A stretch of 64,000 nucleotides of DNA from Eledone cirrhosa (Eukaryota): assembly GCA_964016885.1 (NCBI GenBank), contig OZ024740.1, forward strand, positions 75,330,001-75,394,000, in the 5' to 3' direction. How positions within the stretch are numbered: position 1 is the first letter of the stretch; each line of letters opens with the position of its first letter. The notes under the pieces are model-generated. The model saw only the letters and a list, made by a program, of their open reading frames with translations, was not told the DNA's origin and did no database searches. A program made the position numbers and the translations under genes. Of this stretch, positions 40,463-53,471 are shown one piece after another.

Positions 40463-41577
40463 AGAGTTGAGATGGAGGGTCTGTGGTTTTTCTCACATCT
40501 GGTTGGTCTCTGAATGTTACTTGTTTTATATGGAAAAAGTGGCTCGAAATGCCAGGTTTTTCGAGAAGTAATTTGATTCGTTGGTCAATAATTATAATAA
40601 ATTTCGCGCCACTAACCGCACATCTAGACATATGCGCAAGTAATAAGACACCCAAATTCCAAGTCTTCCCATTTTACTTTTGCGCTAACAATACAACAGA
40701 ACAAATACGAATAAATAAGGAAAATATTTTTATTCAAAAATATAGACCAGCATTAAATATGGTTTAATATACATTATGTCAACACCATAACATGCTAACC
40801 ATCCAAACAGACACAAACACACACACATAACACCTTCTACTTTCGAAAATAAAAACCCGAACTAAATAAACCTTAACATACGTTTGCACTGACAATACAA
40901 CAAAACAAATACGAATAAGTAAGGAAAATATGTTCATTCAAAAATATTCCTACTAAAGGAATCATTTTCCTACACACACACACACAATATATATATTCTC
41001 TTCATCTTAACATGCTAACCATACTCCCACACACTTAACACCCATACACACACATAACAACCCCCACCCCCACACACACAACTCCCTCCTCCATTTCTAC
41101 TAATAGAATCACTTTCCTACACACATATATACACACACACAAAATATATATATTCTCTCCATCTTAACATACTCCCACACACACACACATAACACTCATA
41201 TATACACACACACAACTCCCTCCCCCATTTCTACCAATAGAATCATCTTCCAATACACACACACACACACAGGCACACAAATAAACATACACATCTTTAC
41301 TTTCTTTACTTCAATAGAAAATCTGAATTCTGACACCCCAGCGAACTAATCATATTCACTGAACCAGAACAATTCTCCCATCCAATTTCTCTTGACCATT
41401 ATCTTTTGCTTGTCAAAGAATTCTCTAAAAAGGCTACAGAATAGATTTCCAAATAAGGGCGCGAAAATGTAATGAAAACTTGTTCACGTGACAACCATAA
41501 TTTCATTTATAACCAATCAAATTACGTTTATTAAAAAAAGCCTTCGTGAGCCCCCTTTTTTTAAGTAAAAAGAAATT

Positions 41578-41616
<39 letters not shown>

Positions 41617-41935
41617 GCACACAAATAAACATACATATCTTTACTTACTTTATTCAATAGAAAATCTGAATTCTGACACCCCAGCGAACTAACCATATTC
41701 ACTGAACCAGAACAATTCTCCCATCCAATTTCTCTTGACCATTATCTTCTGCTTGTCATAAAATTCTCTAAAAAGGCTACAGAATAGATTTCTAAATAAG
41801 GGCGCGAAAATTTAATGAAAACTTGTTCACGTGACAGCCATAATTTCATTTATAACCAATCAAATTACGTTTATTAAAAAAAGCCTTCGTGAGCCCTTTT
41901 TCTTTTTTTAAGTAAAAAGAAATTCAAACACACAC

Positions 41936-42030
<95 letters not shown>

Positions 42031-42547
42031 ACACAAATAAACATACATATCTTTACTTTCTTTATTCAATAGAAAATCTGAATTCTGACACCCCAGCGAA
42101 CTAACCATATTCACTGAAACAGAACAATTCTCCCATCCAATTTCTCTTGACCATTATCTTTTACTTGTCATAAAATTCTCTAAAAAGGCTACAGAATAGA
42201 TTTCCAAATATGGGCGCGAAAATTTAATGAAAACTTGTTCACGTGACAGCCATGATTTCATTTATAACCAATCAAATTACGTTTATTAAAAAAAAAGCCT
42301 TCGTGAGCCCCCTTTTTTTTAAGTAAAAAGAAATTCAAATATGAAAAAACAACCTGTGACCCCCCCCCCCCCCTGTTTCAAGAACTTTGTAACGCGAACT
42401 GGCGCGAAATTTATTATAATTATTGATCAACCAATCAAATTACTTCTCGAAAAACCTGGCATTTCGGGCCACTTTTTCCATATAAAACAAGTAACATTCA
42501 AGACCAACCAGATGTGAGAAAAACCACAGACCCTCCATCTCAACTCT

Positions 42548-42586
42548 ACTTTTGAAAAGCAGAAGAACTGCGAAACCGGTAAAGGA
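42548..42586 (+). ncRNA. Hammerhead, U3-A8 core variant
   Basis: ctt-TTGAAAA-gcagaagaactgc-GAAA-ccgg-TA-aag. Confidence 0.7.
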
Positions 42587-43145
42587 ACCAAATAAATATA
42601 TATATTTTTTTTAAAATAAGACTCCAGTTGCATTTTCGATTTCATCTTTTTTTCTTTATACTTTCACTCGTGTAGGACACCTCGGTTATTTTTCATTTTG
42701 TAAAAAAAACCTCACTTTCTAATATATAAATATATATATATAGTTTAAGGAAGCTAATCGTGTACAATAAGTATAGCTCCGGCCATTATCTACTCACTCA
42801 ATGATTGTACAAGAATCATATTTTGTAAATACGAACTTATATTTAAGGGTGGACACTCTGCATTAATTAATAAATATAATGGCTTCTTAAGGACTGTACA
42901 GTTTCAACGTTACATTCCACGTGCAACAGTTGCATTAATATGTGTTACACATTGATGTCCTGCGATTTTTCCAAATATTACATGACCGAACTAACGCAAC
43001 GCTTCACCAGCGGGATTTCAGTCGAGATACTAAAGGGAGATTTATCCGAGCGTCTAGTACAGTCGAACTGGCATATCATAATGATAATGGTAGTAGTTTC
43101 AGACAAATAGATAGAATAGATAGATATCTTTATTTCTTTATTAGT

Positions 43146-43227
<82 letters not shown>

Positions 43228-43690
43228 TGTATGTATATATGCATGTATGTGTCTACGCATGCATGCATCAGATTTACCAGATTCTTGATGTGAAATTCTG
43301 CGACGAATCATTCTCCACGTTATTGCAGATTTTATGTACATTTTGACCTGTTGCAAGATTATAATTAATTGATTGTAAAAAATATTAGGATAAACGTTTA
43401 TATTGTTGTTACATCATTCCTAGCACACCCATTCCCCTAGATATAGGTTAATCGTTGTGTAAAGGATAGTGTCCTAGATATGGTGATCATCCCTAAAATA
43501 GGAATTATAGAGCTAGGTTGTTAGGTTGTTCCTCTTAAGTATCTATATGTTGAGTCATCTTTCATCCTGCTGTTTGCTTCAATGATGATAGGTATAAAAC
43601 TGGCAACAACCAATATAACATTCTAAAGTGTTATTATTAAGTAGTATAAACACACACACGCGCGCATATATATATATATATATATATACT

Positions 43691-43739
<49 letters not shown>

Positions 43740-43789
43740 TCACATACACACACACAAATAATGTATTCATCGGCGATTTTTAAAAAATA

Positions 43790-43827
<38 letters not shown>

Positions 43828-43831
<4 letters not shown>

Positions 43832-45890
43832 GAATAATCGAGTATCGAAAAATCGGCGCACGAGTTCACGATAAACAAAATTCGAAATGAGCGGCAGAGG
43901 GCTCAATAATTCAGATAAATCAGAGCTATAACTATCGTTAAAATACCGACACACATAGAACATGTCTAAAATCAACCATACGACCGAAAAATTACGATCT
44001 GGAAGATTCGGGACACTCAGATAAAATATCAATAAATCAATAAATCAAATGAATGTAAAAAGCATACCCGGACCCGCTAGAAAGATGGTAAATCTAGCTT
44101 CTTGGGTTTCTGTAAATCCTTAAACCGCCCTCTATCAGCCCACATAAAAATATATAAGACTTCTAGAAAGCAGCGGACCGGAATTTACTTCCTCAACGAG
44201 CTTTTGTCCGAACGAATAAAAAGGCATAACCCAAGTTCAAAAAACGCACATGGAATTCAGCAAGGGAGATAACCTCTATAACCGCAAAAAATATTCGGGA
44301 AAATGTGGAAATACACATATCGAATAAGAGTGCTCAATAGACATGTTAAAATAAACAGGAGCTATTCATCATTTAATAGAATCGACAAAAAATGAACAAT
44401 AAAATTAACTGCTCAATAGCTAAGTCTAGAGCTAAATATAGTAGAATAATCGAGTATCGAAAAATCGGCGCACGAGTTCACGATAAACAAAATTCGAAAT
44501 GAGCGGCAGAGGGCTCAATAATTCATATAAATCAGAGCTATAACTATCGTTAAAATACCGACACACATAGAACATGTCTAAAATCAACCATACGACCGAA
44601 AAATTACGATCTGGAAGATTCGGGACACTCAGATAAAATATCAATAAATCAATAAATCAAATGAATGTAAAAAGCATACCCGGACCCGCTAGAAAGATGG
44701 TAAATCTAGCTTCTTGGGTTTCTGTAAATCCTTAAACCGCCCTCTATCAGCCCACATAAAAATATATAAGACTTCTAGAAAGCAGCGGACAGGATTTACT
44801 TCCCAAACGAGCTTTTGTCCGAACGAATAAAAAGACATAGCCCAAGTTGAAAAAACGCACATGGAATTCAGCAAGGGAGATAACCTCTATAACCGCAAAA
44901 AATATTCGGGAAAATGTGGAAATACACATATTGAATAAGAGTGCTCAATAGACATGTTAAAATAAACAGGAGCTATTCATCATTTAATAGAATCGACAAA
45001 AAATGAACAATAAAATTAACTGGTCAATAGCTAAGTCTAGAGCTGAATATAGTAGAATAATCGAGTATCGAAAAATCGGCGCACGAGTTCACGATAAACA
45101 AAATTCGAAATGAGCGGCAGAGGGCTCAATAATTCAGATAAATCAGAGCTATAACTATCGTTAAAATACCGACACACATAGAACATGTCTAAAATCAACC
45201 ATACGACCGAAAAATTACGATCTGGAAGATTCGGGACACTCAGATAAAATATCAATAAATCAATAAATCAAATGAATGTAAAAAGCATACCCGGACCCGC
45301 TAGAAAGATGGTAAATCTAGCTTCTTGGGTTTCTGTAAATCCTTAAACCGCCCTCTATCAGCCCACATAAAAATATATAAGACTTTTAGAAAGCAGCGGA
45401 CCGGAATTTACTTCCTCAACGAGCTTTTGTCCGAACGAATAAAAAGGCATAACCCAAGTTCAAAAAACGCACATGGAATTCAGCAAGGGAGATAACCTCT
45501 ATAACCGCAAAAAATATTCGGGAAAATGTGGAAATACACATATCGAATAAGAGTGCTCAATAGACATGTTAAAATAAACAGGAGCTATTCATCATTTAAT
45601 AGAATCGACAAAAAATGAACAATAAAATTAACTGGTCAATAGCTAAGTCTAGAGCTAAATATAGTAGAATAATCGAGTATCGAAAAATCGGCGCACGAGT
45701 TCACGATAAACAAAATTCGAAATGAGCGGCAGAGGGCTCAATAATTCAGATAAATCAGAGCTATAACTATCGTTAAAATACCGACACACATAGAACATGT
45801 CTAAAATCAACCATACGACCAAAAAATTACGATCTGGAAGATTCGGGACACTCAGATAAAATATCAATAAATCAATAAATCAAATGAATA
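43828..45890. repeat. ~612-bp tandem repeat, ~3.4 copies
   Basis: agtagaataatcgagtatcg recurs at 43828, 44440, 45051 and 45663. Starts in (TA)n. Confidence 0.9.
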
Positions 45891-45894
45891 TATA

Positions 45895-46973
45895 TAAAGA
45901 ATTAGTATATCTACCAACATATGTATTCAGATGCATACCTATGCTAGCAAATATATATGTTTTGTCTTAGTAACTTTGTGGTTCTATGCAAAGGGATGCA
46001 GAACAATTATATGAAAGGTGTAAATAAGAAAGTTATGAAAATTGACTTACTTACTAAAATTTCACTCCAACTAATTAGTTTCTGTAAGGGGATAAATATG
46101 GTTACGGAGCGTATCCACGGAGAAACCTTACGTCATCAGGGAGTCTATTCTCAGCTAAGCTTCGAGGCAATGCAAGGACACTGGGAACTTATATAAAAAT
46201 AATTCAGTGGATGGAAAAAAGCGAGCGGGGACTAAATTCCAAGACATTGAAAAATTCACTGCCTACTTGGTCAGTGGCAAATTCAAAAGAATCAATCACG
46301 TGACACTGAGGTTAATCAGTGAGGAGTGGGGTGCTATTAAGACAAGGGCCTAGCCACTACCATTAATCATAGTAGTAATTTCGGCAAGTTTTACTCAACA
46401 AATAATTTGGAGTTAATTATAAAGAATTAGTATATCTACCAACATATGTATTCATATAATTGTTCTGCATCCCCTTGCATAGAACCACAAAGTTACTAAG
46501 ACAAAACATATATATTTGCTAGCATAGGTATGCATCTGAATACATATGTTGGTAGATATACTAATTCTTTATAATTATCTCCAAATTATTTGTTGGGCAA
46601 AACTTGCCGAAATTACTACTATGATTAATGGTAGTGGCTAGGCCCTTGTCTTAATAGCACCCCACTCCTCACTGATTAACCTCAGTGTCACGTGATTGAT
46701 TCTTTTGAATGTGCCACTGACCAAGTAGGCAGTGAATTTTTCAATGTCTTGGAATTTAGTCCCGCTCGCTTTTTTCCATCCACTGAATTATTTTTATATA
46801 AGTTCCCAGTGTCCTCGCATTGCCTGGAAGCTTAGCTGAGAATAGACTCCCTGATTACGTAAGGTTTCTCTGTGGACACGCTCCGTAACCATATTTATCC
46901 CCTTACAGAAACTAATTATTTGGAGTGAAATTTTAGTAAGTAAGTCAATTTTCATAACTTTCTTATTTACGCC

Positions 46974-46980
<7 letters not shown>
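45895..46980. mobile_element. Fold-back pLTR-like element with HHRs
   Basis: Inverted, circularly permuted ~530-bp arms. Relative at 33476-33760. Confidence 0.8.
46064..46144 (-). ncRNA. Type I hammerhead ribozyme, long stem II
   Basis: actcc-CTGATGA-cgtaagg..ccttaca-GAAA-CTAATTAG-TT-ggagt. The opposite-arm copy (46846-46926) has a mutated core, CTGATTA. Confidence 0.8.
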
Positions 46981-47013
<33 letters not shown>

Positions 47014-47494
47014 CTTTTTCTGAATGTGAAAATGGTGGTGGATACGAAAACCATAACTTTCTTTTTCTTCTTCTTTTTCTTTCTCTGCACACATACTTTT
47101 TTGATCTATACAAAAAATACCCTACCACTACAACCACCATAATACTCTTACTTACCCGCTTAAAGTGCTTGCATTACATGTAACACCTTGCCACACAATA
47201 ATCGTATATAAATGAGACACACTTGCATGCTCCATGTGTAACTAACGCATACACTACCTACTAGATCTGACTATCAAACTATCCTCTTGCATTATCTGTG
47301 TTATCTGGCCAATGTATTTTAATTTTTATTTTTATTTTTAATTTAATTTTGATTTTGATTTTGATTTTGATTTTGAATTTGAATTGCTATACAAATATAG
47401 TATAGTATAATATATGTCACTCCACTGTACTTCAATATATATATATATATGTATCTGTATGTCTCTTGCGTTGGAATGTACAAACATTGAAAAA

Positions 47495-47541
47495 TGCTCC
47501 GAAGACTCCAAGCCTAGGTTTGGATGAAACAATTGTAAGTG
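47495..47541 (+). ncRNA. Hammerhead variant with CCGAAGA core
   Basis: tgct-CCGAAGA-ctccaagcctaggtttggat-GAAA-caattg-TA-agtg. Confidence 0.55.
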
Positions 47542-47580
47542 AATAAATGCTTTGAACATAGCTTTGATTCTTGTGAATTC

Positions 47581-47731
<151 letters not shown>

Positions 47732-47787
47732 CACACATATAATGTAATCGTCGGCGATTTTTTAAAAATATATATTTTTAATATATA

Positions 47788-48148
47788 CGAGCGCAATCCC
47801 AAAAGTAAGGTCTCCTTCCGATATTGCAACTTTTCCGTTAGAATCCCGTGGATGGTGCTTCGGGATACCTCAGAGAGCATCCAGAGTGATCCGCCGATCT
47901 TTACGCATGTTTTCCTCGGAAGGAGACCTTACTTTGGGGATTGCCCTCGTACATAATAACTGCGCGAAATTCGCACTTGGCGGTAGCGTTCAACGGGAGC
48001 CAAGCCAAGATTGAGCATCCCAGCGAAGCGCGCGCATGCTTGTTTGGGAGTGAAGGAAGTACCAATCACAACAGTGTTGCTAACAGCCGTACGAACAGTT
48101 TCTCTGCGTCCCCATCGCTCTGGAGACCTTACTTTTGGGATTACCCTC

Positions 48149-48149
<1 letters not shown>
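47788..48149. mobile_element. Mariner MITE with one left and two right TIRs
   Basis: TA|CGAGCGCAATCCCAAAAGTAAGGTCTCC. Inverse TIRs end at 47949 and 48149, each followed by TA. Confidence 0.8.
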
Positions 48150-48218
<69 letters not shown>

Positions 48219-48223
<5 letters not shown>

Positions 48224-48330
48224 AACCAGTAAGACCCCGACAGCTGAGCTCAAGCCGTTTCGACGGCTAATTCGAGAATTAGCCGTCGAAACGGCTTGAG
48301 CTCAGCTGTCGGGGTCTTACTGGTTCCTAT
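48219..48330. repeat. Near-perfect hairpin containing an HHR 3' half
   Basis: ~54-bp arms with a short gag loop. Confidence 0.85.
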
Positions 48331-48406
48331 TACCCACTCTACTACCTCAAGTATTGAGTACTTTGGTGCGTTATGGTCCACCTGGTTCCTTACCACATTT
48401 CCTTCG

Positions 48407-48442
<36 letters not shown>

Positions 48443-48659
48443 GTTAAAAATGTAAGTTAAAAATGTACATCCACATATGTATACTGAAATACTAGTATGC
48501 ATATGAATACACACACGTGTACATATGTAGATGTACCGAGTTTTTCACTGGACACTTTACTGTGAGTGTCCAGCTATTCTGTATGTAAACACACAGACAA
48601 ACCGGTTTTTAGAGTCATACTGGTTTTCGAGGAAACACCTTTCCTCTATTCTCCAGAAA

Positions 48660-48710
<51 letters not shown>

Positions 48711-49261
48711 ACGGATGCAATATTAAGCAGTTAGACCAATATTTACCAGAGTACTCGATGCTTGGAGTAGTAGAGTGGGTAATATGAAGGATTCGGGACC
48801 CCAGCTATTGAAACGGCAGATCAGCCGTTGGGGTCCCGAATCCTTCAAATATATATATATATATATATATCTGTTTCTCCCCTTCTCACTTCCTCCCGTT
48901 CGCTGGTAGTGGGGTTCCTTCTTTCTCACACCACATTCACGGCGTACGGTCTGCTTCTCTGACCGCTCATGAAATTCACCCAGCTTATGCTGATCGGATA
49001 ACTATCATGTGGCTTGCTGTTTTCCAACCTTCGGTTTGCTTTTCCTTCTGTTGTTTACTTGTCTCACTCGCTTTACGCGTTTCACTTGTCCCAATAGCTT
49101 ATTTTAGTTATTGCTCGCACCAACCTGAGGTATCTGATTTTTAATGCGATGAAATACCTATGATGGTTGGCAAATCACTGATGAGGGACTAATTTTATAA
49201 TATGTAATCCATGTGCAACCATGCAGTATTCTTCTCCCCTTGTTTTTCATATATATATATA

Positions 49262-49399
<138 letters not shown>

Positions 49400-49569
49400 G
49401 AATGCCTATTTAAAATACGGTAGTATTCAAAGATTTCGAGCAATAAATAATTGAGCATTCAATACTGGTGAGTAGAGTGTAGGGATTTTATTTTCTAAGT
49501 AGAAAATTTGTGGTAACGCCAAGGTTACAATTTGATCGCTTCAAAAATGTATGTATGTATGTATGTGAT

Positions 49570-50240
49570 TTTGGACACCCTGCAGGACAAAAAACAAAAC
49601 CTGACAAAGGGTGGAAGAACTCATAAGGGTCAACGGCCATCCAAAAGTGTTTAAATATGTATATACACATGTACATATGTGTGTATATGTATATGTGTAT
49701 ATACATGGGTGCATGTGTATGTATATTCGCGGGAACATAGAAATAGTCGGGCTGGACACCCGATCGCGCGGTTAAACCACTGGAAGTGAAGGACCCCTAG
49801 CCTTTCTCAGGGCATTCTTCTAGGAGACGGCAACTCAGTAAACTGGGATAACTCCGTTATAAGACCTGCGGTTCAGTAGTTACCTATGATGTTGATCTTT
49901 TCTTCTTTTCGGGTTATAGCTACTGTCGCTCAGAGAGTAGAATTGGCTCAGTGCATAGTATTTCCTCACTTTAAAAAATATCTTCACGCACAGTCATTGC
50001 ACGATAGAATTAATTAATAATTATTAATAATGGTATATCGTGCAATGGCCATACTCGATAACGAGGGGGCAGCCATTATGTATGTATGTTCTTCTGGTTT
50101 TATAATTTCACAAATTTTTACCAATAGAGAGTCGGTTTCTAACATAGACACAAGACTCTCTCATTGGAATTTACACAACATCAACTAGGTAGATTATGTA
50201 TGCATGCATGTGTAGATATGGATGCTATTGTCTGTGTGCA
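49570..50240. repeat. Diverged module A plus RLE LINE 3' UTR modules
   Basis: Same order as 12657-13260. Confidence 0.7.
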
Positions 50241-50738
50241 TGTGTATGTATGTATCTATGTATGTATTTATGCATGTATGTATGTATGTATGTATGTATG
50301 TATGTATGTATGTATGTATGTATGTATGTATGTATGTATGTATGTATGCATGTATGTGTGTATGTATGAATGTATGTATGTGTGTATGTATGAAGGTATG
50401 TATGCATTTATGTATGCGTGTATATATGTACATATATATGTATTGTATATATATATAGAGAGAGAACATCTCATACAAAATCATTGAGGGGTAATTCCCA
50501 ATAATGTAATTTAAAAAGAACACTTCACAAGCATCTTTCCGTGGGGATAGTCTTAGTTAAGCAACCTAAAGTTAGAAGGCTTCACTAAGTTCTCTTACTA
50601 CAGTTACCAGGATCAAGAAACAGTACTTACCATCCCAATAGATTGAAACAATCCATCCTGCCAGTAAAATCTTTCGTCAGAGGGATTCTGTAAAGTATAA
50701 GAAAAAATATATAAACCTGTTAAGTGAAAGGAGTTCAA

Positions 50739-50852
<114 letters not shown>

Positions 50853-50873
50853 AGAGAGAGATGATTTGTGAAC

Positions 50874-50965
50874 ACATATCTGAGGAGCTTCCGATTCCAG
50901 AGTCAGGATCGATCATTAATCGATCGTTCCTCGAGCTGATCGACAGTGAAACATATGTAATATGT
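50874..50965 (+). ncRNA. Type I hammerhead ribozyme, ~60-nt stem II domain
   Basis: acatat-CTGAGGA-gct..agt-GAAA-catatg-TA-atatgt. Confidence 0.7.
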
Positions 50966-51066
50966 AATTAAATATGCATATGATGCAACAGATTCTTTGT
51001 TCCTTTATATTATTATTATTATTGTTATTCCTTGAATCTCAGTCATTGATGTTGGTTAACTGGAAA

Positions 51067-51109
<43 letters not shown>

Positions 51110-51111
<2 letters not shown>

Positions 51112-51375
51112 AATAAAGTACCAGTATTAAACTGGGATAATTGCTGGCATTGTGCCAAAAGTAGAAACAATTATTATTATTATTCTGGTGGATTGGCAGT
51201 ATCGGTAGAGGGTCAGACGCCATGCTTTGCAGCACAGTTACGTCCCTTTGCGGACTGAGTTCAAATCCCGCCGAGGCTAACTTTGCTTTCATCCTTACGG
51301 GGTCGATAAAATAAAGTACCAGTAATACACTGAGATAATTGCTGGCCTTGTGCCAAAAGTAGAAACAATTATTAT
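51110..51375 (+). mobile_element. SINE (3' fragment plus full copy), in (TTA)n
   Basis: SINE head, B-box and core. Confidence 0.85.
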
Positions 51376-51381
51376 TATTAT

Positions 51382-51558
51382 TCTTTGAGTCTCAGTCATT
51401 GATGTTATTTAACTGGAAAGTTTGTTGAAATGAATATCAAGCCGCTACCTGCAGCCTCAGATATTCAGGACGTATCGGAGGGTTCTTGCTGTTCCCAGCA
51501 AGCATGCCTTTTGAAGTGTTCCAAAAAGCGGGGCTGGACTAATTTTCTTTAACCAACC
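51382..51558 (-). mobile_element. 3' fragment of the LINE at 53472-57075
   Basis: Duplicates ~53472-53650. Confidence 0.8.
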
Positions 51559-51574
51559 TTATTATTATTATTAT

Positions 51575-53446
51575 TACAGCTGCATTTATCTTGCTTTATG
51601 TTCATACGAGTTATCACCAAGTCACAACCAGTGACCTCAAGAGACAACAAGGTCTGCCATGTTCAAGAAAGAACATACATACTCACACATGCATCTTTAG
51701 GTGTTTAGACTTGTGATGTACTTATATTGACAGAATCTTCCTTAGTATATGGGCAGTTCCCATTAGTACTATCTTTTGTATTTCTCCTATACGCGGGTTT
51801 CCTGGGATTTGCGATAAGTAATCATTAGACCCCTTAGGTATCATTCCTAGAACGCCTACAACCACTGGTATTGTTTTAGTTCTCAATTTCCACATTTTTC
51901 CAATTTCTATCTCCAGGTCCTTATACTTGCTCAATTTTTCAAATGTTTTTATAGATACATTCTTGTCTATTGGAACGGACATATCAATTAGCAGGCATAC
52001 CCTCTTTTTAAAGTCCTTCAATATTATATCAGGTCTATTTGCATCTATTTTTCGGTCTGTTTGGATGCTAAAGTTCCACAAGATTGAGATGTGATCTTTT
52101 TCAAGTATGGGAGGTGGTTGATGCTCCCACCAATTCTTTTGATGGGGCAGGTCAAAATGCTTACACATTATCCAATGTATGTATTGTGCAGCTCTGTCAT
52201 GCCTGTTTAGGTATTCGGTTGGAGCTATAGGACTGCACATTGAAATTATATGGTCATGGGTCTCTGGTTGTTTTTTAATTACACGGCATAATGGGTTGCA
52301 TCCATTTTTTATTATGTTGGCTTGGTAATTTTTTTGTTGGCAGACACTGATCTTGTGCTGATATAATCAGTCCTTCAGTCTCCGATTTCAGTCCAGAGGA
52401 TGCCAACCACTAATGGGTTAAAGTTTTGTCAACATCAGGATTGTTAGCTCGTTCTGGGTATTTTCCATACAGAGGCTTTTCTTGCCATTTCTTAGCCAGT
52501 TTCTGTAGCAGTTCTTTCTTTACAGTTACCTGCTTTGCTTTTTCTGTGTTTTTCATTTCAGCAGTAAATGGGACTTCTGAAATTTGTAGTCCATTACTGT
52601 ATCTTTGTGCATCTTTTGTAATGGAGTATGATCTTTTGATGCTTTTGTGTTTCAAAACGAGTTTGATCATCCAATCATGTGATTCCCTTAGATATGTAGA
52701 TAATCCAATTGTCGCAGTTTTCAACGCAATGTCTAACTGGATTAACCCACGTCCTCCTTCTTTCCTAGAGAGATATATTCTATCTGTATCTGCCTTAGGG
52801 TGGTGCATTCTGTGCATGGTTAAGAATTTTCGAATTTTTGTATCGAGCCTACGGATCTCTGTGCTTGACCAGTTGATGACATTGTAACTGTAGGTTACTA
52901 CTGGTATGGCAAGCGTGTTTATGGCATCGATCCTATTCCTTGCATTCAATTCCGTTCTTAAGATTGCTCTTACTCTGCAGTAACATTCCTTCCTTATCCT
53001 TTCCCTCATTGTCGAGTGCTTGATTCCGTCTCCTTCACAAACACCTAGATATTTGTAAGTTTCCTCTTGATCAAGTTCTCTTATCACGTTCCCCCGATCA
53101 AGATTAATGTCTGAACTTTTCAGCAGCTTTCCTCTGGTGAATGTTGCTTTGGCGCATTTATCTAGTCCAAACTCCATTTTAATGTCATCATTGAACTGCT
53201 CCACAGTGGATAATAGCCCTTGCAATTGTTCATCATTTTTTGCAAATAGTTTCAGGTCATCCATGTAGAAGAAGTGATTAATGGTTTTGTCATAGACTTT
53301 ATATCCATGTTTTGTTTCATTGAGCATTTTACTTAATGGTATAAGTGCGATGCAGAATAAAAGCGGTGATAAAGAGTCACCCTGAAAAATTCCACAATTA
53401 ATATTAACTTCTCCAGCTTCCAGTGATTTTGTTTCACTATTCAAAT
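51575..53446 (-). mobile_element. R4/Dong-like RLE LINE, 5'-truncated
   Basis: GIFQGDSLSPLLF, HFFYMDDLKLF, YKYLG, and RLE motif NRPDIILKD..IDMSVP..EKLSKYKDL. (TTA)n on both sides. Confidence 0.92.
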
Positions 53447-53471
53447 GTTATTATTATTATTATTATTATTA

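Noticed and set aside
48595-48662. Minus-strand CTGGAGA..GAAA motif
   Set aside because: A6 mutated and stem I absent
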